From positions 1-59,940 of the forward strand of contig CAXTYC010000032.1 of the NCBI GenBank assembly GCA_964248365.1: 59,940 nucleotides of DNA, written 5' to 3'. The DNA comes from an uncultured Chroococcidiopsis sp. (GTDB lineage Bacteria > Cyanobacteriota > Cyanobacteriia > Cyanobacteriales > Chroococcidiopsidaceae). The notes beneath the pieces are model-generated. The model did not search any database, was not told where the DNA came from, and saw nothing but the letters and a program-made list of their open reading frames with translations. Below are positions 41,213 through 52,437 of the stretch, in pieces. The position numbers were made by a program, and so were the translations under genes. Within the stretch, counting starts at the first letter, position 1. Each line of letters opens with the position of its first letter.

Positions 41213-42913
41213 ATGCTAAAAACTTTTGGTAATTCTCTACAATTGGCGCTAGCTATATTAATCAACGTTCTGTTGATTGACATTGCCTTAGCGTCAGAAA
41301 TCAAAAGTGAGACATCAGAAGAAAAAATTACGAATTATGATAAGGCGATGGCTGGGGTAACTTCTGTTTCTCAGTTGTCGGACGTACAACCTACTGATTG
41401 GGCATTCGTTGCATTGCAATCCTTGGTTGAACGCTACGGTTGCATTGCGGGGTATCCAGATGGTACATTTCGAGGCAATCGTGCTTTAACTCGATACGAA
41501 TTTGCTGCTGGTTTAAATGCGTGTTTGGACAGAGTAAACGAATTAATTGCAACAGCAACAGCCCAAGGGGTAACGAGAGAAGATTTAGCTACGTTGCAAC
41601 GATTGCAAGCAGAATTTGCAACTGAACTTGTTACTTTACGCGGGAGGGTTGATACTTTAGAAGCAGCTACATCCGAATTAGAAGCAAATTCTTTTTCTAC
41701 ATCCACTAAGTTAGTTGGTGAACTAATTACTTATCTTGGTGATGCCTTTGGGGAAAATGCCTCAGATGTTAACAATACGACCTTTGGTTATCGGGCGCGA
41801 CTTGACTTTAACACGAGTTTCACTGGAGAAGATCGCTTGCGAACTCGTCTACAAGCTACTAATTTGAGGCTGTTTGACACGGGTGCAGAATTTGGGGGTA
41901 GTCAGGGAAGCCGTGCGGGACAAGCTCCAGCAGCTGGAGAACCTGTACCTACAGGGTTCGGAGAAACAGGCGAAACTCGTTTTACTCCAAGCAGCGTCAG
42001 TGAAAACAGTGAAGCTGAAATTACCCAAATACAGTATCGCTTTCCGGTTGGCGATCGCTTAAGAATATATCTTGATGTCGGCACAACCGATCCAACTTAT
42101 ATTACTGATACGATTAGTCCTTTTGTCGATACTGCTACTGGTGCTTTATCTAATTTCGGTCAAGTTAATCCAGTTTATTTTCCTATCGGTAATCAAGGAG
42201 GCTTGTCGGCAAATTTCCTAATTACTCCCTCAATTAGTTTAGACTTCGGTTACTTAGGTGGGGATGGCGATGTTAATAACCCTGGAGAAAATGCTGGTAT
42301 ATTTAATGGTGGTCATAGTGCTTTGGTGCAGTTAGTCTACAATAAAGATCGCCTCAAGTTTGCTTTACTTTATCTCAATTTCTACTCTACTCGATTTGGC
42401 GGTGATACTCTGGCGGGCAGTAATCCAGCTAAAGTTAACATAGTCAATGATGTAAATAATCCTGACAACAATAACAATAGTCCCCTAGTTGGTAATTCCT
42501 ACGGTTTTCAAGCAAATTACCGAGTTTTTGAAGGTTTTGAATTAGGTGGCTGGGTAGGTTACACTGCTGCTCGCTCTGTTGGTGACATTAAAGGAGATGC
42601 AGATGTCTGGAACTATGCTGTAACGCTAAATTTTCCCGATTTGTTCAAGGAGGGAAACGCAGGAGGTATTGTGGTGGGGATGCAACCTAGACTAACGGGT
42701 ACTAGCAATAGTACTCTTGCACAAGCAATTGGTTTACCTGTTGGACAAAGGAAAGATCGTGATGTGGGGTTGCATATTGAAGCCTTCTATAGGTTTCAAT
42801 TGAATGATAATATTTCGGTTACTCCAGGTTTCTTTTGGCTGACTGCGCCCAATCATGATGAGCGCAATCCTGATGCGGTGATTGGTGTAGTCCGAACTAG
42901 TTTTATTTTCTAA
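41213..42913 (+). CDS. Cyanobacterial SLH-domain / OprB-type porin (second paralog)
   Basis: VTSVSQLSDVQPTDWAF, FSTSTKL, C-terminal RTSFIF. Confidence 0.95.
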   Translation: MLKTFGNSLQLALAILINVLLIDIALASEIKSETSEEKITNYDKAMAGVTSVSQLSDVQPTDWAFVALQSLVERYGCIAGYPDGTFRGNRALTRYEFAAGLNACLDRVNELIATATAQGVTREDLATLQRLQAEFATELVTLRGRVDTLEAATSELEANSFSTSTKLVGELITYLGDAFGENASDVNNTTFGYRARLDFNTSFTGEDRLRTRLQATNLRLFDTGAEFGGSQGSRAGQAPAAGEPVPTGFGETGETRFTPSSVSENSEAEITQIQYRFPVGDRLRIYLDVGTTDPTYITDTISPFVDTATGALSNFGQVNPVYFPIGNQGGLSANFLITPSISLDFGYLGGDGDVNNPGENAGIFNGGHSALVQLVYNKDRLKFALLYLNFYSTRFGGDTLAGSNPAKVNIVNDVNNPDNNNNSPLVGNSYGFQANYRVFEGFELGGWVGYTAARSVGDIKGDADVWNYAVTLNFPDLFKEGNAGGIVVGMQPRLTGTSNSTLAQAIGLPVGQRKDRDVGLHIEAFYRFQLNDNISVTPGFFWLTAPNHDERNPDAVIGVVRTSFIF

Positions 42914-43092
42914 GTCGGTTTTTACAGGAGTTACCCATAAGTTATTAAGATTGTTTTTGACGAACCGCTCTAGACGCAAGCCTGGGGTTTAAACCCCAGA
43001 GAAACGCAGAGGAAATATCAGACTTTGGATAGTTGCGATCGCTCTTTTTTTCTCGTACTAATATAATTTATCTCTACGTAAGGGTAGTTGCC

Positions 43093-44544
43093 ATGCCAAG
43101 AAGGAAATGGCTATTCTTCATTTTATTTTCTGCCACGCTGTTATTTACTATCCTAACTGGTTTAATAACCAACAGGGTAGTGGGACAAGGGCAAAAGTTA
43201 GTGATGGTAACGTCGGCTGACTATCCGCCTTATGAATTTAGGAATACTGCTAGTGGTAGTGATGAAATTATCGGCTTTGATGTTGATATTGCTAGATATA
43301 TTACTAAAGAATTAGGTTATGGACTTGAAGTTAAAGATACAGATTTTAGTGGTTTAATTCCAGCTTTGCAATCGAAACGTGCAGATTTTGCAATGGCTGG
43401 GATGACTCCTACGGCTGAACGCAAAAAGAATGTGGATTTTTCCCAAATTTACTACGAGGCAAAAAATACAATTGTTGCCCGTAAAGGTAGTGATTTTAAA
43501 AAGCCAGAAGATTTAGCCGGAAAAAGGGTAGGAGTCCAGTTAGGTTCAACTCAGGAAAAAGCTGCTCAAAAATTTAAAAATGTACAACTAAAACAGCTTA
43601 ATAGAACAGCAGAAATAATTCAAGAAGTTAAGGCGGGGCGAGTTGATGCTGCTATTATTGAAAATACAATTGCTACAGGTTTTGTTGCTGGAAACCCAGA
43701 TTTAGAATTTAATACTATTGCTAGCAGTACTGAGGAAGCAGGTTCAGCGATCGCATTTCCTAAAGGTTCAAATTTAGTCGATGATTTCGACCGTGTTTTG
43801 ACACAAATGAAACAAAACGGTGAAATTAACAGGCTAGTACAAAAGTGGTTTGAAAATAAAGGCGCGTCACCTGCTGCTAATACTTCGAGTTTTGGTTTTG
43901 GTAAAATAGCAGCCAGTATTCCTTTTATTATTGAAGGAATATTAGTAACACTACAATTCACTGCTTTATCGGCGCTTTTGGGCTTTGTTTGGGGGACGAT
44001 TCTATCTTTATTTAAGATCTCGACGTTCAAGCCTTTGGTTTGGTTTGCAACAGCGTATACCTCTATATTTCGAGGCACGCCACTGCTGTTACAAATAGCT
44101 TTAGTTTATTACGCCACGCCTCAATTAACTGGTTATAATATTCCAGCGTTGTTGGCAGGTGTGATTACGTTTACTCTCAATTCAGGCGCTTACATTTCTG
44201 AAACAATCCGAGGGGGTATTCTGGCAGTTGACAAAGGACAAAGGGAAGCTGCTTTATCGCTAGGTGTTCCCTACAGACCAATGATGTTAGATCTCATTTT
44301 ACCCCAGGCGATTAAAAATATATTACCTGCGTTGGTAAATGAGAGTATTGCTTTGTTAAAAGATTCAGCTTTGGTTTCAACAATTGGTGTAGCTGATTTA
44401 TTACGTCGCGCCCAAATTGTAGGAGCAGAAAAATATATCTACTTTGAACCGTTGATATTTGCAGGAATAATTTACTATTTAATGGTTATGAGTTTAACCT
44501 GGGGAGGTTATGCACTTGAAAGAAGATTACAACGCAGCAGTTAA
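43093..44544 (+). CDS. Polar amino-acid ABC transporter, fused substrate-binding/permease (BgtB-like)
   Basis: [12 protein letters not shown] domain plus FRGTPLLLQ and [10 protein letters not shown] permease motifs; ATG at 43093. Confidence 0.92.
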   Translation: MPRRKWLFFILFSATLLFTILTGLITNRVVGQGQKLVMVTSADYPPYEFRNTASGSDEIIGFDVDIARYITKELGYGLEVKDTDFSGLIPALQSKRADFAMAGMTPTAERKKNVDFSQIYYEAKNTIVARKGSDFKKPEDLAGKRVGVQLGSTQEKAAQKFKNVQLKQLNRTAEIIQEVKAGRVDAAIIENTIATGFVAGNPDLEFNTIASSTEEAGSAIAFPKGSNLVDDFDRVLTQMKQNGEINRLVQKWFENKGASPAANTSSFGFGKIAASIPFIIEGILVTLQFTALSALLGFVWGTILSLFKISTFKPLVWFATAYTSIFRGTPLLLQIALVYYATPQLTGYNIPALLAGVITFTLNSGAYISETIRGGILAVDKGQREAALSLGVPYRPMMLDLILPQAIKNILPALVNESIALLKDSALVSTIGVADLLRRAQIVGAEKYIYFEPLIFAGIIYYLMVMSLTWGGYALERRLQRSS

Positions 44545-45259
44545 TATTGAACAGTTGCATAAATCGTTTGGAAATCTCAAAGTTTTACAAGGGATATCTA
44601 CTGATATAAAAAAAGGGCAAGTTGTGGCGGTTATTGGACCATCGGGTTCAGGAAAGTCAACTTTCTTGCGGTGTATAAACTTACTTGAAGTGCCAACTTC
44701 AGGAAAGATAGCTATTAATGGTGTAGATATCACTTCGCGTCATACTGATATTATGAAAATTCGCCAGAATGTCGGTATGGTGTTTCAGCATTTCCATCTG
44801 TTTCCTCACATGAGTGTATTGGATAATGTGACGTATGCGCCAATTAAAGTGAAGCACATGAGTAAAAATGTGGCACGACAAGAAGCAATGGAATTGCTTT
44901 CTAAAGTAGGTTTGGCAGAAAAGGCAGATGTTTATCCTTCTAAATTATCAGGGGGACAGAAACAAAGAGTAGCGATCGCCCGTTCTTTAGCAATGAAGCC
45001 AGAAATTATGTTGTTTGACGAACCTACTTCTGCCCTTGACCCAGAAATGGTAAAAGAGGTGTTAGAAGTGATGAAGGCTCTGACAAAAACAGGCATCACA
45101 ATGGCAATTGTTACCCATGAAATGGGGTTTGCTAGAGAAGTTGCCGATCGCATTTTGTTTCTAGATCAAGGACAACTGGCGGAAGATTCATCGCCAAGAG
45201 AGTTCTTTACTAACCCCAAGTGCGATCGCGCTAAGCATTTCCTTGAGAAGATGCTGTAA
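44510..45259 (+). CDS. Polar amino-acid ABC transporter ATPase (GlnQ/BgtA-like)
   Basis: [41 protein letters not shown]. Confidence 0.95.
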   Translation: MHLKEDYNAAVNIEQLHKSFGNLKVLQGISTDIKKGQVVAVIGPSGSGKSTFLRCINLLEVPTSGKIAINGVDITSRHTDIMKIRQNVGMVFQHFHLFPHMSVLDNVTYAPIKVKHMSKNVARQEAMELLSKVGLAEKADVYPSKLSGGQKQRVAIARSLAMKPEIMLFDEPTSALDPEMVKEVLEVMKALTKTGITMAIVTHEMGFAREVADRILFLDQGQLAEDSSPREFFTNPKCDRAKHFLEKML

Positions 45260-45303
45260 AGCGGGGAACGGTTAAAATAACGAACATCTAAGCTTTTGAG
45301 TGT

Positions 45304-46248
45304 ATGCCTCAAGAAGAAGTCATCTTAGATGCGAGCGATCGCACCGAGTCGAAAATCGGTAAAGTCCTGCTAATCGGAGTTACTGGTGGTACTGGTGGAA
45401 ATGTCGTCAAAGGATTTCTCGAACAGAAAGTTACCAACCTACGTGCCATAACTAGGAAAATCGACCTTAAACGTCCTTCCCTGGCAAAGTTGAGCGATGC
45501 AGGAGTAGAGCTTTTTGAGGCAAATTTAGACGATGAGGACTCGCTAAGTGCAGCCTTTGGAGGGATTTCGGCTGTTTACTGTCACGCTACCTCCGCGGAC
45601 TCCGCCAAGCCTGATTCGCTAGAAATTGAGAGGGCGTATCGAGTTGCACAAGCTGCCTCGAAAGCTAATATCAAGCACTTTGTTTATAATTCTGCAGGTG
45701 GGGCAGACAGGAATTCTGGTATCAGTCATATTGAGCAGAAGTATAAAGTAGAGCAAATTCTTAAACAAGCTGTACCAACGACCATGTTACGCGCCTGCTT
45801 GTTCATGGAGGAGTTTTGGAAGAAGTACACTAGACCATCGATCCTCAAGGGTGTCTTTCGATTCTCTATTCAGCCAGATAAGCCGTTACATCTAATTACG
45901 ACTAAAGACATGGGTCGTGTTGCTGCCTATGTGATGAAACATCCCAGCAAGTATATTGGTAAAGAAATCGAGCTGGCTGGCGATATGCTAACTCCAAAGC
46001 AGATGGCGGAAGCATTCTCAAAGGCGCAGGGAAGGCAAGTTGTTTACAAAGAGATACCCGCCTGGATCTTCTTACTCCTCCTACGCAAGGAACTGTTTGC
46101 TTTGATTATGTGGTATCGCACCAAAGGTTATCAAGCCGATGTCAAGCACTTGCGGGAAGAAGAGTTTCCAGGTCTTTTAACCACATTGGGTGAGTTTCTG
46201 CAAGAGACTAACTGGGCAAACCCAGAACTTTCCTATGAAAGTCTTTAA
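45304..46248 (+). CDS. NmrA/HSCARG-family NAD(P)-binding protein
   Basis: G.TG..GG motif, HFVYNS.GGA, HIEQK..VE. Confidence 0.88.
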   Translation: MPQEEVILDASDRTESKIGKVLLIGVTGGTGGNVVKGFLEQKVTNLRAITRKIDLKRPSLAKLSDAGVELFEANLDDEDSLSAAFGGISAVYCHATSADSAKPDSLEIERAYRVAQAASKANIKHFVYNSAGGADRNSGISHIEQKYKVEQILKQAVPTTMLRACLFMEEFWKKYTRPSILKGVFRFSIQPDKPLHLITTKDMGRVAAYVMKHPSKYIGKEIELAGDMLTPKQMAEAFSKAQGRQVVYKEIPAWIFLLLLRKELFALIMWYRTKGYQADVKHLREEEFPGLLTTLGEFLQETNWANPELSYESL

Positions 46249-46323
46249 CGAATCGCACTCAACACGTCAAGTGAACAATTGATAATTGATAATTGCTCCC
46301 CTGCTCTCTTAATCGCCACTGGT

Positions 46324-46701
46324 TCAACCCGTCAAAAACTGACGCAGACGCAACAAACTGAAAGTTTGACCTAAATTAAGTGGTAGCAGTGATATGCCTT
46401 CTAAGCGGGATTGCACCCAGCCTTCTCCCCAGTACCATTCGTGAAATCCGTCAATACCACCGGAAAGTAAAAAACGCAAACAAACTGGTGTGACTACTTG
46501 CACTTGATGTTGAATAGACAAGCTTCCAATCGAGCTAGTAAATGTCAAACCTGATTCTAGCTGTTCTGGCATACCAGATGAAAGACGTACAGGCGAGAGC
46601 CATTGTTGTAACAGACGGGGACGAAGTAAACTGTCCCCGATTGCCTTTTGGGATGCTTCTACCTCAATCCGCAATTGGCTTTGTTGAAAACTACCTAGCA
46701 T
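46324..46701 (-). CDS. Conserved cyanobacterial hypothetical protein (possibly SRPBCC-like)
   Basis: MLG.FQQS.LRIE, GIDGFHEWYWG.GWVQSRLEG. Confidence 0.7.
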   Translation of the reverse strand: MLGSFQQSQLRIEVEASQKAIGDSLLRPRLLQQWLSPVRLSSGMPEQLESGLTFTSSIGSLSIQHQVQVVTPVCLRFLLSGGIDGFHEWYWGEGWVQSRLEGISLLPLNLGQTFSLLRLRQFLTG

Positions 46702-46900
46702 AATCTGCGTTCTTATTGGTTTTTCTTTTAGTATGACCGATCAAGACCCACGCTAAAAGAGAGCTGGGGGAGCTTCGGGTGCAGGGGGGCAGAGGGGCAT
46801 TCGACATTACGGATTTTGTCACCTCACCCGTCAACCTCGTCTTGCTTGTCCAACCTAAAATAAAAAGAAAGCACCTTGTTAAGAATTGTAAGGTTTTCTC

Positions 46901-47803
46901 ATGGCAGATCAGTTAATTCGTGCCACTGCTGCTGAGGGTGGAATTCGCGCCGTTGGTGTGATTTCCACTCGGCTAACTGAAGAAGCACGGGCTAGGCACA
47001 AGCTTTCCTATGTGGCAACAGCTGCCCTAGGTCGTACTATGTCAGCTGGGCTATTACTTGCCTCCAATATGAAACGTGCTGAATCGCGGGTCAATATTCG
47101 GATCAAAGGCAATGGACCATTGGAGGGGATTTTAGTAGATGCTGGTTTAGATGGAACCGTGCGCGGCTACGTAGGTAATCCAGATATCGAACTGCCACCC
47201 AATAGCAAAGGGAAATTAGACGTTGGGGGCGCAGTTGGACACGACGGCTACCTGTATGTAGTGCGAGATGTGGGCTACGGCTACCCTTATTCCAGCACTG
47301 TAGAACTAGTTTCAGGTGAAATTGGCGATGACTTGACTCATTATCTGGTCACTTCTGAACAAACACCTTCGGCTCTAGTTTTAGGTGTCTTTGTTGGGGC
47401 AGAAGGAGTTACTGCTGCTGGAGGAGTACTTATCCAAGTCTTGCCCAAAGCAGCACGAGACGAAGCACTGGTTCAAACTTTAGAATCCCGTGTCGCAGCG
47501 CTATCTGGATTTACACCTCTATTGCAGGCGGGTAAAACTCTACCAGAAATTTTTGAACAAATACTGGGCGACATGGGATTAGAAATTCTACCCGAAACCC
47601 AGTTAGTGCGTTTTCACTGTGGCTGCTCTTTTGACCGCGTTTTAGGTGCATTGAAAATGCTCGGAGAAGCTGAATTACAAGACATGATTGAAAAAGATGA
47701 TGGGGCTGAGGCAACCTGTCACTTTTGTGGGCAAGTCTACCAAGCAAGTAGTGATGAACTGGCTCAGTTAATCTCAGATTTAAAAGCAGAAGCAGAATCT
47801 TAG
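46901..47803 (+). CDS. hslO: Hsp33 redox-regulated chaperone
   Basis: AALGRT, SEQTPS, zinc centre CGCS...CHFC. Confidence 0.97.
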   Translation: MADQLIRATAAEGGIRAVGVISTRLTEEARARHKLSYVATAALGRTMSAGLLLASNMKRAESRVNIRIKGNGPLEGILVDAGLDGTVRGYVGNPDIELPPNSKGKLDVGGAVGHDGYLYVVRDVGYGYPYSSTVELVSGEIGDDLTHYLVTSEQTPSALVLGVFVGAEGVTAAGGVLIQVLPKAARDEALVQTLESRVAALSGFTPLLQAGKTLPEIFEQILGDMGLEILPETQLVRFHCGCSFDRVLGALKMLGEAELQDMIEKDDGAEATCHFCGQVYQASSDELAQLISDLKAEAES

Positions 47804-48009
47804 CTATTAGCTGTTAGCTGTTATCAATTTCTGGTAGTTGGTAGTTGGTAAAGACTAACTTGCCTGGGGCAACTTGTCTCTTGCCTCCAGGTAACTGGTA
47901 ACTGATCACTGAGTACATCTAGCTTTTTGTGGGTTATGAAGGTAGGATGGCAACGAGGCTTGTTTTGATACAAAGTCAAGGCTAATTTACGAAGATTTGG
48001 GTTTGAGCA

Positions 48010-50169
48010 ATGAGAGATCAGAGTATGCCAGAGGATTGGTCTGCTGGTAATCCTCCTAAAATTGGAGATGCCAGCAGCAATCCCAATTCTCCACTTCCAG
48101 GCGCTCCTGGTTCTCAACACTCAGAGGACAGTAGTGCTATACCTAAACGCACACTGCGGCAAAAAGTCAACCATGAGGTGCTACCACAAACACACTCTCA
48201 ATTGCCTTCTTTGAGTAGTTCACACCAGCCAACAGCCGAGGATGGTTTATGTTCCGGCTCATCGATACCACCAACAGGTGAGCCGCCAGTTCCTAGTGAT
48301 ACTAACCGTCGCTCGTGGTGGAATTGGATACTGTGTGTCGCATTGGCGCTATGTGCTAATGGTGTTGCCCTTACAGCAATAGCAATGCTGCTACGGTTGC
48401 CCTCTGCCCCAAACTGCCCATCAATTTTTTGGCCTCTGGCTTCGGGTTCAGTAAGGATACAATGCGCTCAAATTGCAGCTTCTAAGCAAACTGTAGCAGA
48501 TTTACTCGAAGCGATCGCCCTGGTTAAGGCTTTGCCAAAAGATCACCCGATGCGGGCAGACGTTGACCGCTATCTGCAACAGTGGTCAGAAGATATCATG
48601 GCTTTGGCAGAAGACTCTTTTCAGGCGGGGAATCTGACTGAGGCGATCGCTATTGCTAATAAAATTCCCAAAAATATTCAAGCTGGCACTTCGGTACAAC
48701 AGCAGATTTCCAAATGGCGTTCCATTTGGTCACAAGCAGAATCAATTTACACCGCAGCCCACGCAGAAATTCCACAACAGCGCTGGTATCAAGCATTTAT
48801 GACTGCTGTACGACTGCTAAATGTGGGCAATAACTACTGGGAAACAACACGGTATGAGCAACTCAAGAACGATATTGAAACGGCACGGGTAGATGGCAGC
48901 AAATTGTCAAAAGCCGAAGCTCTAGCCGATGGGGGAGGCATGACTAATTTGTTAGCAGCGCTCAACCTCGCTAAGTCGGTAGATGAAAATAGTTATATGT
49001 ATAAAAAAGCCCAAGCTTTGATTCCAGACTTGGGGCGCAAAATGCTCGACTTAGCTCAAAAAAATCTAGACCAGAAAGATGCAGATGAAGCGATCGCAAT
49101 CGCTAATCAGATTCCTGCTATTGCTAATCTTGAACCAGAAGTTGAAGATTTTATCACTATAGCTCAGGCAAAGCGTAACGCTTGGGTAGGTACGGTTCCC
49201 AGTATCGAAACAGCGATCGCAACTGCCCAAAAAATCGGCGTTAATCGACCGCTTTATAACCAAGCACAAGAACTAATCAGCCGTTGGCAGCTAGAAATTG
49301 AAGATGTTCAGCATCTTGACAAAGCGCGAGAACTAGCCCAGCCTGGAACTATAGCAGATTTAACAGCAGCGATCGCCGAAGCTTCGATGATTCCTCAAGC
49401 AAACCCCCGCTCTGGGGAAGCAAGGCAGGAAATTAATCGCTGGCAAGCACAAGTACAAACTTTTGAAGATCAACCCTTTCTAGACCAAGCTGAACAATTG
49501 GCACTCCCAGGACAGGTGAGCGATCTGCAAGCAGCAATTAATGAAGCAAGTAAAATTAATCAAGGTCGCGCCCTTTACCGCGAAGCAAGGCGGAAAATTC
49601 GCGCTTGGACACGCCAGATTCAGACGATTGAAGACCAACCCTATTTAGACCAGGCACGGGATTTGGCAAGGGAAGGCAATCTACCAGCTGCGATTAGTAC
49701 TGCAAGGCAAATTCAACCAGGACGGGCGCTGTCGGGCGAAGCACAAGCAGCTGTTAATGATTGGCAGGGACAAATTCAGGCGCGAGAAAATTGGCGCTCT
49801 GCACAGGAAGTTGCCCAACAGGGAACGCCAGATGCTTTGGCAGAGGCAATTCGTCTTGCAAATCGAGTACCAACGACTAGCCCCTTACGCGGTGAAGTAA
49901 ATCCGGCTATCAATGATTGGGGACAGCGACTGCTGATAATTGCCCAAGACAAAGGTAGATATGATATTCCTGGGGGAATTGCGATCGCCCAAAAAATTCC
50001 CCGCAGCAGCGATGCTTATCGGGCAGCCCAAGAGCAAATAGCCCAATGGTACAAGATTTTGAATCCTCCTCCCATAGAACCTAGTCCACAACCTAGTTTA
50101 GAACCCAATCCTCAACCTAATTCTACCAATAATCAAGAACCATTATTTAATTTAAACCCTAATAATTAA
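48010..50169 (+). CDS. Conserved cyanobacterial membrane-anchored alpha-helical repeat protein
   Basis: Disordered N-terminus, TM helix, PNCP.IFWP.AS.S.R..CA motif, repeated AI..A..I.......A...I..W units. Confidence 0.8.
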   Translation: MRDQSMPEDWSAGNPPKIGDASSNPNSPLPGAPGSQHSEDSSAIPKRTLRQKVNHEVLPQTHSQLPSLSSSHQPTAEDGLCSGSSIPPTGEPPVPSDTNRRSWWNWILCVALALCANGVALTAIAMLLRLPSAPNCPSIFWPLASGSVRIQCAQIAASKQTVADLLEAIALVKALPKDHPMRADVDRYLQQWSEDIMALAEDSFQAGNLTEAIAIANKIPKNIQAGTSVQQQISKWRSIWSQAESIYTAAHAEIPQQRWYQAFMTAVRLLNVGNNYWETTRYEQLKNDIETARVDGSKLSKAEALADGGGMTNLLAALNLAKSVDENSYMYKKAQALIPDLGRKMLDLAQKNLDQKDADEAIAIANQIPAIANLEPEVEDFITIAQAKRNAWVGTVPSIETAIATAQKIGVNRPLYNQAQELISRWQLEIEDVQHLDKARELAQPGTIADLTAAIAEASMIPQANPRSGEARQEINRWQAQVQTFEDQPFLDQAEQLALPGQVSDLQAAINEASKINQGRALYREARRKIRAWTRQIQTIEDQPYLDQARDLAREGNLPAAISTARQIQPGRALSGEAQAAVNDWQGQIQARENWRSAQEVAQQGTPDALAEAIRLANRVPTTSPLRGEVNPAINDWGQRLLIIAQDKGRYDIPGGIAIAQKIPRSSDAYRAAQEQIAQWYKILNPPPIEPSPQPSLEPNPQPNSTNNQEPLFNLNPNN

Positions 50170-50413
50170 TTGTTACAATCTGCAACAAAAGTTGCAAGAA
50201 GGCTGATCATTTGCTTGTGAGGAAGAAATCACATAACTATTTCTTCCAGGGTAGCTTAGTACCCATTTCGGTTGATGCCGAGAAGATCAAATAGACAATT
50301 AGTAAACTAACACCAGCTAGAAAAGCAAGTAAATCGTTGTTCATGTGTGCAGCTAACCAATACTGGGCTAATATTAGCGCCAGTAAGGTCAAGCTTGGAA
50401 GAAGGATTGTGCA

Positions 50414-51397
50414 GTGAGAAAGCTTTACTTCTTAGTCCCTGGATGTGGTGGTAAATTTGCCTGTGGTGGTCTTTGGGCAGAGTTAAAAACCCTTAAGCTA
50501 GCTCAGCAGTTCTGTAGTGCTGATGTCGTGACTTATCGCCAACGAGAAAAAGCTACGCTGTTTATAGATGACCTGCTCAAAGAAAAATTAGATGATGTCA
50601 TTTTTGTGATTAGCTGGGGGTTTGATGTTGCCTTCCTTGCCACCAAGCTAAAGCAATATAATGTCGTTTATCATGCCCACAGTGCGGGTTATCGTTTCAA
50701 GTTACCTGCAAGTATTCCTATCATCGCAGTTAGCCGCAATACAATGGGATATTGGGGACAACACGCGCCAAATTCACTTATTTATTATTTACCGAATCAA
50801 ATTTCTGACGAATTTAGAAATTTAAGCCTTGAACGGGATATCGATGTTTTAGTTCAGGCTCGCAAATCTTCAGAGTATTTGATTAAAGAATTAATTCCTG
50901 CTTTGCAAAAGCGATGTAATGTCGTGGTCGTTGATTCTTATGTAGAGGATCTGGCAAGATTATTCAATCGGGCTAAAGTTTATCTCTATGACTCCGCCGA
51001 GTATTGGTTGCAACAACAGGTAAGTGAAGGATTTGGTTTGCAACCAATGGAGGCTCTAGCTTGTGGCTGTCAGGTTTTTTCTAGTGTCAATGGTGGTTTG
51101 TCTGATTATTTAGATCCCGGATTTAATTGCTACAAAATCGCTGGCTACTCGAAAGAGTATGATGTTCAACGTATCTTAAAGGTACTTGACACAGCATCAC
51201 TCATACCTGAATCTTTTTTTGCCGAATATCGGGCTGAAAATATTACTAAACGGTTTAAAGTGATTTTGGAGCAGCTGGATAATTTTTTTGATTACAAGCA
51301 ACACAACCCGCCCAATATTAAAAGCTTGACTAAAATGCGGTTAACGCAATTATTCATGCGGAGGATTTTAGGTAAGTTGAGCAAGTATTTTAATTAA
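50414..51397 (+). CDS. Glycosyltransferase (GT-B, family 4-like)
   Basis: EGFGLQPMEALACGC motif. Confidence 0.85.
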   Translation: MRKLYFLVPGCGGKFACGGLWAELKTLKLAQQFCSADVVTYRQREKATLFIDDLLKEKLDDVIFVISWGFDVAFLATKLKQYNVVYHAHSAGYRFKLPASIPIIAVSRNTMGYWGQHAPNSLIYYLPNQISDEFRNLSLERDIDVLVQARKSSEYLIKELIPALQKRCNVVVVDSYVEDLARLFNRAKVYLYDSAEYWLQQQVSEGFGLQPMEALACGCQVFSSVNGGLSDYLDPGFNCYKIAGYSKEYDVQRILKVLDTASLIPESFFAEYRAENITKRFKVILEQLDNFFDYKQHNPPNIKSLTKMRLTQLFMRRILGKLSKYFN

Positions 51398-51482
51398 CGT
51401 CAGTTCGGGTTAATATTCAGGCGCTTAACCCCCATTTGGGGTTTGAGGGGCGCTGTCGAATCTCACAACTCGAACCGGAGTG
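51398..51482. mobile_element. Possible miniature inverted-repeat element
   Basis: Ends CGTCAGTTCGGGTT and AACTCGAACCGGAG are imperfectly complementary; internal AACCCC/GGGGTT hairpin. Confidence 0.35.
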
Positions 51483-51503
51483 CTATCGTTTCTATTTAGA
51501 TGG

Positions 51504-52298
51504 TTAAGGTTTACGAGCAACAACGTAGTAAATTAATTCCTCATGCCATACGCCCTGCTCGGTTTCTAATGCAGCGATCCCATCATTATAACTCACTTTA
51601 AGAAGACGAATTTTTTCCGGCTCCAATTCCCGCAGCGGATTGTTGGGATGTAGCCAAAACTGACCATTCCAACGATTTTGAGCTTTTTCTAATGTGAGAT
51701 AAGTTCCTAATTGTCGTGGATAAATTTCGATTTGGCTAAATTTAGCCTGAGTGAGTAAGGATTGAATTCGCTCCCGTGTTCCCAACGGCTCGTGCAGGTT
51801 GGGAAGTGTAATCCCATGTTTTGCACAGGCTTCTACGATTGGCGAGGCGAAGTACGAATCAAAAGACGAGCAGGTAAATGCGATAAATCCACCAGGTTTG
51901 AGAAAGTGATACCAGTTGTGGAGAATCGCCCGAAGGTTGGGAAAAAGCACGATCGCAAAAGAACAATAAATTGCATCAAACTGATTTGCCTGTGCCTGAT
52001 ACGTTTCTACATCCGCTTCAATCAACTGAACATTCGATAAGTTTTCGGCTTGAATTTTCTCTCGAGCAATCTTAAGTAGTTCTGCTGCAATGTCAATTCC
52101 GATCACAAAGCCGTTTGCGCCAACTTTTTTAGCGGCTTCTATCGCAATATTTCCAGTTCCTGCTGCAACGTCCAAAACGAATTGTCCAGAGCATAAAGTT
52201 GTCTAGTCAAAAAGTGCGATCGCGCGATTACGAGTGACATCATTATCGTAATTCGTTCTAGCGTTATAGAAATTGGTAACTTCCTGTTTGTACATCAT
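51504..52298 (-). pseudogene. Class I SAM-dependent methyltransferase interrupted by an in-frame TAG
   Basis: ATG at 52298 reads MMYKQEVTNFYNARTNYDNDVTRNRAIALFD*TTLCSGQFVLDVAAGTG in one frame; the stop is at 52203-52205. Confidence 0.8.
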
Positions 52299-52340
52299 AA
52301 ATGACCTATGGTGGAAACAAAAAAATAGGGCTTGTTTTTG

Positions 52341-52364
52341 GTGACAAGGCGCGCGCCTTGTCAC
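52341..52364. repeat. Perfect 24-bp palindrome
   Basis: GTGACAAGGCGCGCGCCTTGTCAC. Confidence 0.8.
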
Positions 52365-52437
52365 AAGGTTAGGAGGCTCTGGTTCCTCCAGGCAATAAAT
52401 AGGGGCAGATTTTTGAAACTTGTCTGTTCTACCATCC

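Noticed and set aside
52203..52205. Pyrrolysine or programmed amber readthrough
   Set aside because: No pyl genes in the window and TAG is an ordinary stop in neighbouring genes; a point mutation or read error is simpler.
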